DNA of 64,000 nucleotides, taken from an uncultured Alphaproteobacteria bacterium (GTDB lineage Bacteria > Pseudomonadota > Alphaproteobacteria > Rhizobiales > Xanthobacteraceae). A program made the position numbers and the translations under genes. The stretch lies in contig CAVUBU010000003.1 of NCBI GenBank assembly GCA_963739825.1, positions 12,861 to 76,860 on the forward strand, in the 5' to 3' direction. Of this stretch, positions 1-9,257 are shown piece by piece; within the stretch, counting starts at the first letter, position 1; every line of letters starts with the position of its first letter. The notes below the pieces were generated by a model. The model was not told the origin of the DNA. It saw only the letters and a list, made by a program, of their open reading frames with translations, and did no database searches.

Positions 1-175
1 GCAGCAGAACCTTCTCGCCCGCGAGCGTGCCTTCCACCGCCACGCCCTGGAACTTCCGCCGCCAGGGCGCGATATCATGGCGTTTGGCGATCGCCTGCAC
101 CGCCATGAAACCGATATTGTGGCGGTTGCCGACATAGCGCGCGCCGGGATTGCCGAGGCCGACGAATAGCAGCAT
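1..175 (-). CDS. pth: Peptidyl-tRNA hydrolase, 5' part (runs off the window edge)
   Basis: Manual reverse-strand translation from ATG at 175 gives [24 protein letters not shown], the Pth N-terminal signature; lies directly downstream of rplY. Confidence 0.95.
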   Translation of the reverse strand, partial: MLLFVGLGNPGARYVGNRHNIGFMAVQAIAKRHDIAPWRRKFQGVAVEGTLAGEKVLL

Positions 176-231
176 GGCGTCGCCGCCCTATGCGGAAAGC
201 GCAAGAAAGGTGGCGCGTGGGTCGCGCCGCC

Positions 232-1005
232 TCACTTCTTGTCGGACTTCGCCGGCGCAGCGGCGGCGGCAGGCGCCCCGCCCGCGGCCGGAGCGGCACC
301 GGGGGCCGCACCGGGCGCTGCTCCAGGGGCAGCACCGGGCGCCGCTTCGGCGCCGGGCACCACGCCGGCTGCCGCAGCGGCAGCCGCAGCGGCGGCGGCG
401 GTGGCGGCCGCTTCGGCGGCGGCCTTCATTTCTTCGGCGTAACCGGACGGCGGCACCACCGTGACCAGCGTGATGTCGCCCTGCGCGATCACCCGCACAT
501 TCGGCGGCAGCCCCACCTCGCTCAAGTGCTTGGAATGGTTGATGTCGAGTTCGGAAATATCGACGTCGATCGATTCCGGAATGGTCTCGACCGGGCACAT
601 CACCTGAATGGTATGGGTGACGATGTTGACCGCGCCGCCGCGCTTGACGCCGGGCGACTGGTCGGCATTGAGCACCTTGACCGCGACGTTGACACGGATG
701 ACGGCGCCTTCCGCCACGCGCAGGAAATCCACATGCATCGGCAGGTCTTTGATGACGTCGAGCTGGAAGTCGCGCGGGATCACGCGGTGCTTGGTGCCGT
801 CGACATCGAGATGGAACAGCGTGGTGAGGAAGCGGCCGGCATAGATGCGCTTGCGCAACTCATCGTGCTCGATCAGCACCATCTGCGGGGGCTTGTTCTC
901 GCCGTAAATCACACCCGGTACTTTGCCGGAATAACGTGCTGCCCGTGCGGCCCCCTTGCCGGCTTTCGGGCGCACCGTCGCCTTCATTTCTTGCACGGTG
1001 GCCAT
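232..1005 (-). CDS. rplY: 50S ribosomal protein L25 / general stress protein Ctc
   Basis: From the internal Met (MATVQEMKATVRPKAGKGAARAAR..GKVPGVIYG): RDFQLDVIKDLPMHVDFLR and GVKRGG motifs; Ala/Pro-rich tail. Confidence 0.96.
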   Translation of the reverse strand: MATVQEMKATVRPKAGKGAARAARYSGKVPGVIYGENKPPQMVLIEHDELRKRIYAGRFLTTLFHLDVDGTKHRVIPRDFQLDVIKDLPMHVDFLRVAEGAVIRVNVAVKVLNADQSPGVKRGGAVNIVTHTIQVMCPVETIPESIDVDISELDINHSKHLSEVGLPPNVRVIAQGDITLVTVVPPSGYAEEMKAAAEAAATAAAAAAAAAAAGVVPGAEAAPGAAPGAAPGAAPGAAPAAGGAPAAAAAPAKSDKK

Positions 1006-1156
1006 TTTGCAATCCTCATCTAACCCAATGGAAAAGGCGGCTTTTTTGGCCGCCCGCGCACGCGGCAAGCCTCCAGGGGTGCCGGGGGCCGCGTGTCGCG
1101 CGGGGTTATAGCGGCGCGCCTCGTAAAGGGCAAGAAAACCCGCAAACTGCGGAAAA

Positions 1157-1447
1157 TCAGTCGGAAGCGGGCGGCGCTGCGGCCTTCTTGCCGCCCTTGC
1201 CGCCACCCTTGCCCTCCAGCGCCTCGATGCGCGCCTTCAGCGCCTCATTTTCCTCGCGCGCCAGGCGGGCCATTTCCTTGACCGCCTCGAACTCCTCACG
1301 CTGCACGACGTCGAGGTCGCGCAGTATGCGCTCGGCCTGAGCCCGGAACAAAGTGTCGAATTCCTTGCGCACCCCTTGCGCGACCCCGGCGGCATCGTTC
1401 ATCAGGCGGGCCATCTCGTCGAAAATGCGGTTGCTGGTCTGGGTCAT
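1157..1447 (-). CDS. ubiK: Accessory factor UbiK / BMFP family protein
   Basis: LDVVQREEFEAVKEMARLAREENEALKARIEALE coiled-coil motif; divergent from lgt. Confidence 0.85.
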   Translation of the reverse strand: MTQTSNRIFDEMARLMNDAAGVAQGVRKEFDTLFRAQAERILRDLDVVQREEFEAVKEMARLAREENEALKARIEALEGKGGGKGGKKAAAPPASD

Positions 1448-1471
1448 GACGTGCCTCCGAAATCATCGTTG

Positions 1472-1518
1472 CGCATGATCTTATCCGAAAACCGGTTCCC
1501 ACTTTTCGGGATCATGCG
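1472..1518. repeat. Short palindromic intergenic repeat, CGCATGATC...GATCATGCG family, copy 1
   Basis: cgcatgatcttatccgaaaaccggttcccacttttcgggatcatgcg has inverted ends; a near-identical copy is at 17591-17637. Confidence 0.85.
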
Positions 1519-1605
1519 TGTAACAATGGCGGTCCGGTCATCTCCCTGCAAGACCCGGCCTGCTAGGTCCTGCTAGCATCGCATTTATTATTACCGGAAC
1601 TTGCA

Positions 1606-2448
1606 ATGCCCCTGTTCGTCATTCCTTTTCCCGCCTTCGATCCGGTGCTGATCCACCTGGGGCCGTTCGCCATCCGCTGGTATGCGCTCGCCTATATTGT
1701 CGGCATCCTGCTCGGCTGGGTCTATGCCCGCGCCCTGATCCGCGATGAGCGGCTGTGGGGCGGCAATTCTTCCAAGAACTCGGCGCCGATGACGCTGGTC
1801 GATTTCGACGATTTCGTGCTCTGGGTGACGCTCGGTATTATCCTCGGCGGCCGCACTTTCTACGTGCTGTTCTACAATCTGCCGCACTTCGCCGCGCATC
1901 CGCTCGAGATCGTACAATTGTGGAACGGCGGCATGTCGTTCCACGGCGGCTTCACCGGTTGCGTGGTCGCCGTGCTCGCGTTCGGGCGCAAGCGCGGCAT
2001 TCCGGTGCTCTCGCTCGGCGACATCACCTGCGCGGTCGGGCCGATCGGGCTATTCCTCGGCCGTATCGCCAATTTCATCAATGGCGAATTGTGGGGCCGC
2101 CCGGCCGACGTGCCCTGGGCCATGGTGTTCCCTGGCGGCGGCCCGCTGCTGCGCCATCCCAGCCAACTCTATGAGGCGGCGCTGGAAGGCCTGGTGTTGC
2201 TCGCCGTGCTGGCGCTGTTGATGCGCGCCGGCGCGCTGAAGCGGCCGGGCCTGATCATCGGTTGTTTCGCGGTCGGCTATTCGATCGCGCGGGTGACTTG
2301 CGAATTCTTCCGCGAGCCCGATGCCCAGCTCGGCTTTCTCTGGGGCGGCATGACCATGGGCATGCTGCTCTCGGTGCCGCTGTTTCTTGCCGGTCTTTGT
2401 TTTATCGCCTACGCGCTGAAGAAAGCGCCGCTGCGGAGCCAATCATGA
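1606..2448 (+). CDS. lgt: Prolipoprotein diacylglyceryl transferase
   Basis: [30 protein letters not shown] and HPSQLYEA motifs. Confidence 0.98.
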   Translation: MPLFVIPFPAFDPVLIHLGPFAIRWYALAYIVGILLGWVYARALIRDERLWGGNSSKNSAPMTLVDFDDFVLWVTLGIILGGRTFYVLFYNLPHFAAHPLEIVQLWNGGMSFHGGFTGCVVAVLAFGRKRGIPVLSLGDITCAVGPIGLFLGRIANFINGELWGRPADVPWAMVFPGGGPLLRHPSQLYEAALEGLVLLAVLALLMRAGALKRPGLIIGCFAVGYSIARVTCEFFREPDAQLGFLWGGMTMGMLLSVPLFLAGLCFIAYALKKAPLRSQS

Positions 2449-3545
2449 GCGAGTTCACGCCGCTGGAAGCCGAAATTCACCGGCGCATCGCGGCGGCCGG
2501 ACCGATGCCGGTGAGCGAATTCATGCGGCTCTGCCTCACCGACCCGACACAAGGCTATTACACCACGCGCGATCCGTTCGGCGCGCGCGGCGATTTCATC
2601 ACCGCGCCGGAAGTCAGCCAGATGTTCGGCGAGATGATCGGGCTGTGGATGGCGGCGGTGTGGAAACAGATGGGCGCGCCGGAAAACCTGCGCATCATCG
2701 AGCTCGGCCCCGGCCGCGGCACCATGATGGACGACGCGCTGCGCGCGGCTAAGGTGGTGCCGGGATTGCGCGAAGCCGCCGTGCTCCATCTGGTCGAGAT
2801 CAGCCCGGCGCTGCAGGCGCAGCAGGCCGACACGCTCGCGCAACAGTCGATGCCGATCTACTGGCATGCCGCGCTCAGCGAGGTTCCGAGCGGCCCCGCC
2901 ATCATTCTCGCCAACGAGTTCTTTGACGCGCTGGCGGTCGACCAGGTGGTGAAGACCGAGCGCGGCTGGCACCAGCGCCTGATCGAAATTGATGTCGCCG
3001 GCAATCTCGCTTTCACCATCGCGGACGACCCGCTGCCGCATTTCGACCGCCTGCTGCCGCCGGCATTGAGTCAGGAGCGCGCCGGCTCGATCTTCGAATG
3101 GCGCAGCGACATGGTGGCGATGGAAATCGGCCGGCGCCTCGTGCGCGACGGCGGCGCCGCGCTGGTGATCGATTACGGCCATGCCAAAAGCGCCGCCGGC
3201 GACACCTTGCAGGCGGTCGGCCAGCACGCCTATGCCGACCCGCTGACCGCGCCGGGCAATCTCGATCTCACCGCGCATGTCGATTTTGAAGCGCTGGCCA
3301 AGGCGGTGGAGGCCATGGGCGCCAGCGGTTTCGGGCCGCAGCCGCAGTCACATTTCCTGCGGCGGCTCGGCATCGAGATGCGCGCGGCCGCGCTCAAGGC
3401 CAAGGCGTCGGAGGCGGCGGCGACCGACATCGACGCCGCGCTTTCGCGCCTGATCGGCGAGGACCGCGTCAGCATGGGCGCCTTGTTCAAGGCCGCCGCC
3501 TTTGCGCATCCCTCGCTCGGCGCACCGCCCGGTTTCGAGCGCTAA
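2445..3545 (+). CDS. SAM-dependent methyltransferase, MidA/NDUFAF7 family
   Basis: ATG 2445 overlaps the lgt stop; [49 protein letters not shown]. Confidence 0.93.
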   Translation: MSEFTPLEAEIHRRIAAAGPMPVSEFMRLCLTDPTQGYYTTRDPFGARGDFITAPEVSQMFGEMIGLWMAAVWKQMGAPENLRIIELGPGRGTMMDDALRAAKVVPGLREAAVLHLVEISPALQAQQADTLAQQSMPIYWHAALSEVPSGPAIILANEFFDALAVDQVVKTERGWHQRLIEIDVAGNLAFTIADDPLPHFDRLLPPALSQERAGSIFEWRSDMVAMEIGRRLVRDGGAALVIDYGHAKSAAGDTLQAVGQHAYADPLTAPGNLDLTAHVDFEALAKAVEAMGASGFGPQPQSHFLRRLGIEMRAAALKAKASEAAATDIDAALSRLIGEDRVSMGALFKAAAFAHPSLGAPPGFER

Positions 3546-3549
3546 ACGG

Positions 3550-3933
3550 CTACGGGCACGGATGCTCGTAACCGTCGCGGCCGATATAGGTCATGCTGTC
3601 ACGGTCGTAACTGCGGAAGCGCCGCGCGCAGTTATCGATTGCCTGCTGGCGCGCCGCCTCGTTGAGGATAACCGTGCCAAGTAACAGGCCGCCGGCAATG
3701 CCGGCAGCAACACCGGCGTTGCCCCCGCCGCGACGGCCGCCGCCGCGGCGGCCACCGGCGCGACGGCCGCCGCCGCGCCGACGCTGCACTTGCACCACCA
3801 ATGATGTGTCGCCGGCCTGCACCGCCAGATCTTTCGACAGAGCGCCGGCCAACGGTGCGGCACCGGTCGACACCGGGCTCACCAGCATGCAGGCGCCAAT
3901 CACAGCTCCGGTCACGAATAATTTTGATCGCAT
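3550..3933 (-). CDS. BA14K family secreted protein with Arg/Gly-rich linker
   Basis: Signal peptide; C-terminal CARRFRSYDRDSMTYIGRDGYEHPCP matches the BA14K motif. Confidence 0.85.
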   Translation of the reverse strand: MRSKLFVTGAVIGACMLVSPVSTGAAPLAGALSKDLAVQAGDTSLVVQVQRRRGGGRRAGGRRGGGRRGGGNAGVAAGIAGGLLLGTVILNEAARQQAIDNCARRFRSYDRDSMTYIGRDGYEHPCP

Positions 3934-4020
3934 GAGACACCCCCTCGTGTTGCGCGTTCGCGCTTTTCCCGAAATTTTCGATTTGAATCTGGATTTCTCA
4001 GCCTAAATCACATAGCCCAA

Positions 4021-4797
4021 ATGGTATCCATGCTCCAGGCCCAATCGCTCAGCAAGCTTGCGCGAATTCGTCACGCCTTCTTCACCCGCAGCGGCGGAGT
4101 GTCGCAGGGCGTCTACGCCAGCCTCAACGGCGGCGTCGGCTCGAACGATGTGCCCGACAAGGTTGCCGAGAACCGCGCCCGCATGGCGGCGGTGCTCGGC
4201 GTTGCGCCGGATCGCCTGATCACCGCCTATCAAATCCATTCGCCCGACGTGGTGGTCGCCGACAAGGCGTGGACTTCCGCCGACCGTCCGCGCGCCGACG
4301 CCATTGTCACGCGTACGCCGCAGCTCGCCATCGGTGTGTCGACCGCCGACTGCGGACCGCTGCTGCTGGCGGACAGTGAGGCGCGTGTGATCGGCGCCGC
4401 CCATGCCGGCTGGCGCGGCGCGCTCACCGGAGTGATCGAGGCGGCAATCGCCGCCATGGAGCAGCTCGGCGCCGAGCGCGCCCGCATCGCGGCGGCGCTC
4501 GGCCCCACCATCCGGCAGCCGAACTACGAGGTCGGGCCGGAATTCGTCGCGCGGTTCCTGGCGGCCGACGCCGACAATGCGCGCTTCTTTGCGCCCTCGG
4601 CACGCGCCGACCATGCCATGTTCGATCTCGCAGGCTTCATCGCCGGCCGCCTGCAGCGCGCCGGCGTCGCACAATTCGAGGACCTCGGCCTGTGCACCTA
4701 TGCCGAGCCCGATCGCTTTTTCAGCTATCGCCGTACCAGCAGGCTGGGCGAACCCGATTACGGCCGACATATCAACGCGATCGCGCTCGCCGATTGA
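4021..4797 (+). CDS. pgeF: Peptidoglycan editing factor PgeF (YfiH/laccase-domain family)
   Basis: HAFFTRSGGVS, QIHS, TADCGPLL, AAHAGWRGA, RFFSYRR. Confidence 0.95.
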   Translation: MVSMLQAQSLSKLARIRHAFFTRSGGVSQGVYASLNGGVGSNDVPDKVAENRARMAAVLGVAPDRLITAYQIHSPDVVVADKAWTSADRPRADAIVTRTPQLAIGVSTADCGPLLLADSEARVIGAAHAGWRGALTGVIEAAIAAMEQLGAERARIAAALGPTIRQPNYEVGPEFVARFLAADADNARFFAPSARADHAMFDLAGFIAGRLQRAGVAQFEDLGLCTYAEPDRFFSYRRTSRLGEPDYGRHINAIALAD

Positions 4798-4904
4798 CTA
4801 TTCCGGCGACGGTCCGCCGCCCGGCTGGACTCGCAGCCGCCCCAGCCGCTAGATTTCATCCCGGCCGAGGGACTTGATCGACAACGACAAGGCCACCGAC
4901 AGGG

Positions 4905-5663
4905 GTGTCAATGCAGTGGAATTCGGGGGGGCGGGCCTTGCGCGCCACACGTTGGCGCACGCGTTGGCCGGGTGCACTGTTGGCCGCCCTCTGTGCGACA
5001 GCGCTGGCCGCGTGCACAGTCGAGGAGCGGCCGACCAATCTGGCCGGTCAGCCGCGCGGCGCCACCGTCGCATTCGAGTCCATCGACGGTCCGCCGCCCG
5101 GCCAATTCCAACAGCTGGTGCAGGATCTCAATGACGAGGCGCAGACCCGCCGGCTGGCGGTGATGTCGCGCGAAAGCCCGTCGGCCTATCGCGTGCGCGG
5201 CTATCTCGCCGCCAAAGTGGTGAAAAAGGAGACCACGATCTCCTGGGTCTGGGATGTCTTCGACCGGGACGACCATCGCTCGCTACGCATTACCGGCGAG
5301 GAGACCGTCAAAGGCCGGCATCGTGATGCCTGGGCGGTCGCCGACGACGGCATGTTGCGCCGGATCGCCGTCAGCAGCATGGACCAGCTCGCCGCTTTCC
5401 TGACCTCGCCCGAGGTGGCGCCGAGCACGCCCAATGTGGCCAGCGTGCCGGAGCTGGTTTTGGCCGGCATGCGCGATTTCACGCCTGAAGCCGCCGGTAT
5501 TTTCCGCATTTTCCGGCCGCATGCCGATCCGGAGCCGAGCGAGACCGGCGCGTTTCCCGATTTGGAAGACGCCGGTCCGGTCCCGCTGCCGCGCAGCCGC
5601 CCGCCGGTGACCACCGTGATATCGGCCCTTGTAAAGCCGACGCGGACGGCCGCCGCGGACTAA
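4905..5663 (+). CDS. Hypothetical lipoprotein
   Basis: Lipobox ALAAC after a hydrophobic stretch; in line with pgeF and prs; start codon uncertain. Confidence 0.7.
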   Translation: MSMQWNSGGRALRATRWRTRWPGALLAALCATALAACTVEERPTNLAGQPRGATVAFESIDGPPPGQFQQLVQDLNDEAQTRRLAVMSRESPSAYRVRGYLAAKVVKKETTISWVWDVFDRDDHRSLRITGEETVKGRHRDAWAVADDGMLRRIAVSSMDQLAAFLTSPEVAPSTPNVASVPELVLAGMRDFTPEAAGIFRIFRPHADPEPSETGAFPDLEDAGPVPLPRSRPPVTTVISALVKPTRTAAAD

Positions 5664-5785
5664 GCCAAGGGTCCGTTCACCCTTACCCAAATGCTTCGGG
5701 GCAACGATCCGGACTCGTATTGCGAGCCCCTGCCCGCCTTGTTATGACCACGCCGCCGCAAACGTCGGGCCAAGAGGATACGTAG

Positions 5786-6739
5786 ATGTCGGGCAAGAAC
5801 GGAGCGATCAAGCTCGTCGCCGGCAACTCGAATCCCGCGCTGGCGCAGGCGATCGGCGACTATCTCAAAAGCCCGCTGACCAAGGCGGTGGTCAAGCGCT
5901 TCGCCGACATGGAAGTGTTCGTCGAAATCCAGGAAAACGTGCGCGGCACCGACGTCTTCGTCATCCAGTCCACCTCGTATCCGGCAAACGACCACTTGAT
6001 GGAATTGCTGATCATCATCGATGCGCTGCGGCGCTCGTCGGCCCGCCGCATCACCGCGGTGATCCCCTATTTCGGCTACGCCCGGCAGGACCGCAAACCG
6101 GGGCCGCGTACGCCGATCTCGGCCAAGCTGGTCGCCAATTTGATCACCCGCGCCGGCGCCGACCGGGTGATGACGCTCGACCTGCATGCTGGCCAGATCC
6201 AGGGCTTCTTCGACATCCCGACCGACAATCTCTATGCCTCGCCGGTGATGGTGCGCGACATCAAGGAGCGCTTCCAGCTCGACAATGTGATGGTGGTGTC
6301 GCCCGACGTCGGCGGCGTGGTGCGCGCGCGTGGCCTTGCCAAGCGCATCAACGCCCCGCTCGCCATTATCGACAAGCGGCGCGAGCGCGCCGGCGAATCC
6401 GAGGTGATGAACGTGATCGGCGACGTCGCCGGCTACACCTGCGTGCTGGTGGACGATATCGTCGATAGCGGCGGCACGCTGGTCAACGCCGCCGACGCGC
6501 TGCTCGAGAACAAGGCGAAGGCGGTCTACGCCTATATCAGCCACGGCGTCCTGTCGGGCGGCGCGGTCGCGCGTGTCGCCAAGTCGCGGCTGAAGGAGCT
6601 GGTGATCACCGACTCGATTCAGCCGACCAAGGAAGTGCTGGCCGCCGGCAATATCCGCGTGCTGCCGATCGCGCCGCTGATCGGCGAGGCGATTGGGCGC
6701 ACTGCCACCGAAGAGTCGGTGTCGAGCCTGTTCGACTGA
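5786..6739 (+). CDS. prs: Ribose-phosphate pyrophosphokinase
   Basis: [43 protein letters not shown]. Confidence 0.99.
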   Translation: MSGKNGAIKLVAGNSNPALAQAIGDYLKSPLTKAVVKRFADMEVFVEIQENVRGTDVFVIQSTSYPANDHLMELLIIIDALRRSSARRITAVIPYFGYARQDRKPGPRTPISAKLVANLITRAGADRVMTLDLHAGQIQGFFDIPTDNLYASPVMVRDIKERFQLDNVMVVSPDVGGVVRARGLAKRINAPLAIIDKRRERAGESEVMNVIGDVAGYTCVLVDDIVDSGGTLVNAADALLENKAKAVYAYISHGVLSGGAVARVAKSRLKELVITDSIQPTKEVLAAGNIRVLPIAPLIGEAIGRTATEESVSSLFD

Positions 6740-6796
6740 ACCTGCCCGCGAGAACAAAACGGAATCGATTGGCAAATTGGATTCCGGGCGGCAAAG

Positions 6797-6805
6797 TTAT
6801 CCACA
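6797..6805 (+). promoter_or_regulatory. Perfect DnaA box TTATCCACA
   Basis: Exact consensus 9-mer in the prs-ybjN intergenic region; a single 9-mer can occur by chance. Confidence 0.45.
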
Positions 6806-7055
6806 TCAGATTCAAAATGCCGCAGCATTCGTTGTGGAGAGTCTTTCCGGCGCGATTGCCTATGACGGGCAAATCACGGCTCATTGACCGTCGATGAGGC
6901 CACTGGCGGGCTGAATCGCGTCGGTTATAGTCGGTCGGCTAAGTGATTCGTTTCCGCCGTCAAGGCGTCCCCGTATCCCCTGCGTCAAAACCCGGTCGGC
7001 TACCGCCGTGCGCGTGGCGTGCGTTCCCTGATCAATTCGGCAAAGTGGAGACGTC

Positions 7056-7556
7056 ATGCCCCAATTCGCCTACGCGGACGAACCCCGGCCCAACCCGCTC
7101 GACGTGGTGGAACGTTTGGCGGCGGTGAACGACTGGTCGTTCGAGCGCTCAAGCGAGGACGAGATCACCATTCTGGTCACCGGCAAGTGGACCGATTACC
7201 AGGTCTCCTACACCTGGATGGGCGACATCGAGGCGCTGCATCTGGCCTGCGCCTTCGACCTCAAAGTGCCCGAGCGCCGCCGCGCCGAAGTGCAGGTGCT
7301 GATCTCGCTGATCAACGAGCGGCTGTGGGTCGGCCATTTCGATCTCTGGATCACCGAAGGCATCCTGATGTTCCGCCACGCGCTGGTGCTGGCGGGCGGC
7401 ACCGAGGCTTCCGGCAAGCAATGCGAGGCGCTGCTCGGCAGCGCGCTCGATTCCTGCGAGCGCTATTTCACCGCCTTCCAATTCGTGGTCTGGGCCGGCA
7501 AAGGCGCGCGCGAGGCGCTCGACGCCGCCATGTTCGAGACCTCGGGCGAGGCGTGA
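7056..7556 (+). CDS. YbjN domain-containing protein
   Basis: NPLDVVERLA..NDWSFERSSEDEI, LINERLWVGHFDLW; upstream of proC. Confidence 0.88.
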   Translation: MPQFAYADEPRPNPLDVVERLAAVNDWSFERSSEDEITILVTGKWTDYQVSYTWMGDIEALHLACAFDLKVPERRRAEVQVLISLINERLWVGHFDLWITEGILMFRHALVLAGGTEASGKQCEALLGSALDSCERYFTAFQFVVWAGKGAREALDAAMFETSGEA

Positions 7557-8380
7557 GCCGCAAGCCGCAGCCGCTGAAATCGATAGGCTCCCTCCTCCTG
7601 GTCGGCGCCGGCAAGATGGGCTCGGCCATGCTCGACGGCTGGATCGCGCGCGGGCTCAGCCCGAAAAAGCTGATGGTGATCGAGCCGCAGCCGGGCAAAG
7701 CGATCAAGGCGCTGGCGCGGCGCGGGCTCCGGCTCAATCCAAAGGGTAAGGCCGCCGAAGCCGCAGCCGTCGTGATCGCGGTCAAGCCGCAGACCGCGCC
7801 TACGGCGGTGCCGCCGCTTGGCGCCTACGTCGGCAAGACCACGCTGGTGCTGTCGATCATGGCCGGCCGCACCATCGGCTTTCTGGAACAATCGCTGCCG
7901 GGCGCGGCCATCGTGCGCGCCATGCCGAATACGCCGGCCGCGATTGGCCGCGGCATCAGCGTCGCCTGCCCGAACGGCAAGGTTTCGGCGCGCCAGCGCA
8001 AACTCGCCGCCGACCTGCTCGCCGCCATCGGCAAGGTGGAATGGATTTCCGACGAGGCGCTGATGGACGCGGTCACCGCGACCTCCGGTTCTGGCCCGGC
8101 CTATGTGTTCCTGTTGGCCGAAGCCATGACCAAGGCCGGCATTGCCGCCGGCCTTCCGGCCGATCTGGCCGGCAAACTCGCGCGCGAAACCGTCGCCGGC
8201 TCCGGCGAATTGCTGCATCGCTCGAACCTCGACGCCGCCACGCTGCGGCAGAACGTCACCTCGCCGGGCGGCACCACCGCCGCCGCGCTGGAAGTTCTCA
8301 TGGGCCCGGGCGGTTTCGACGCGCTGCTGACCAAGGCCATTGCAGCGGCAACTCGGCGTGGCCGGGAACTGGCAGGCTAG
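7553..8380 (+). CDS. proC: Pyrroline-5-carboxylate reductase
   Basis: GTG 7553 overlaps the ybjN stop; LVGAGKMG, RAMPNTP, SGSGPAY, NVTSPGGTT. Confidence 0.97.
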   Translation: MSRKPQPLKSIGSLLLVGAGKMGSAMLDGWIARGLSPKKLMVIEPQPGKAIKALARRGLRLNPKGKAAEAAAVVIAVKPQTAPTAVPPLGAYVGKTTLVLSIMAGRTIGFLEQSLPGAAIVRAMPNTPAAIGRGISVACPNGKVSARQRKLAADLLAAIGKVEWISDEALMDAVTATSGSGPAYVFLLAEAMTKAGIAAGLPADLAGKLARETVAGSGELLHRSNLDAATLRQNVTSPGGTTAAALEVLMGPGGFDALLTKAIAAATRRGRELAG

Positions 8381-8451
8381 TTCCTGCCCTAGAACCGGCG
8401 CCTTTGCCGGCCTAGATTAAGGGCAACGGAACAATCCGATGGGAGGCCGCT

Positions 8452-9150
8452 ATGGCCCGCAAATCGAAACGTCAGCGCAAAGCTCCGAGCGCAGCCGCGC
8501 CGCGCGGAACCACTGACCGCGACAAAGCTGTCGACGCGCTGATGGCGCTGCTCGCCGAGCATTCCTTCGAGCAGATCGGCCTCGCCGAAGTCGCCGGCCG
8601 CGCCGGCTTGAAGCTCTCGGCGCTGCGCGCTGAATTCGGTTCGACGCTCGCCATCCTCGGCGCCCACTTCAAGGACATCGACCGCGCGGTGCTCGCCGGC
8701 GGGGCTGGCGACATGGCCGAGGAGCCGGCGCGCGAACGGTTGTTCGACGTGCTGATGCGTCGGCTGGAGGCACTCGCGCCGTACAAGGACGCGGTGCGTT
8801 CGACGATGCGCTCGGCGCGCCGCAATCCGGGCCTCGCCTTCGCGCTCAACGCCATGGCCGTGCGCTCGCAGCGATGGATGCTGGAGGCCGCCGGCATCGG
8901 CGCCAACGGTCCGCGCGGCGCCTTGCGCGCGCAGGGCGCCGCGCTGATGTTCGCGCGCGTGCTCGGCGTTTGGTTCGACGACGAGGACGAAAGCCTCGAC
9001 CGCACCATGGCCGCGCTCGGCCGCGGGCTTAACAGCGCCGAGCGCTGGGATGGTTTCGTCGGCGATCTTTGCTCGCTGCCGAAATGCGTGTTGCGCGGAT
9101 CGCGCCGCCGCCGCCGTCACCGCGACGACGAAGAAATGGAAGCGGCGTAA
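8452..9150 (+). CDS. TetR/AcrR-like transcriptional regulator
   Basis: GGGAGG RBS; N-terminal HTH-like segment FEQIGLAEVAGRAGLKLSALRAEF; RERLFDVLMRR. Confidence 0.75.
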   Translation: MARKSKRQRKAPSAAAPRGTTDRDKAVDALMALLAEHSFEQIGLAEVAGRAGLKLSALRAEFGSTLAILGAHFKDIDRAVLAGGAGDMAEEPARERLFDVLMRRLEALAPYKDAVRSTMRSARRNPGLAFALNAMAVRSQRWMLEAAGIGANGPRGALRAQGAALMFARVLGVWFDDEDESLDRTMAALGRGLNSAERWDGFVGDLCSLPKCVLRGSRRRRRHRDDEEMEAA

Positions 9151-9183
9151 ATTCCTCTTCGGCGGCCTACGCCACAAACTTCG

Positions 9184-9255
9184 CTCATTCCCGCGCAAGC
9201 GGGAATCCAGTTTGAGTTTTACGAAGTCTGGTTCCCCGCTTGCGCGCGGACGAAC
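9184..9255. repeat. REP-like palindrome pair (TCATTCCCGCG..GCGGGAATCCAG family)
   Basis: ctcattcccgcgcaagcgggaatccag ... ctggttccccgcttgcgcgcggacgaac; same family as 15804-15893. Confidence 0.8.
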
Positions 9256-9257
9256 AG

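Noticed and set aside
1296-1502. ORFs starting MGTGFRIRS / MGAGFRIRS (also 17357-17620)
   Set aside because: The shared N-terminus is just the translation of the 47-bp repeat, not a protein family.
6752-6766. LexA box GAAC..GAAT after prs
   Set aside because: Spacing is 6 rather than 7 and the second half-site is imperfect.
6740-7055. Chromosomal replication origin
   Set aside because: Only one perfect DnaA box, no extended AT-rich unwinding element, and none of the usual hemE/dnaA/parAB context. Kept only as a regulatory candidate.
7019-8380. 453-aa ORF read as an extended ProC
   Set aside because: The N-terminal part overlaps ybjN in another frame; the ProC start is GTG 7553.
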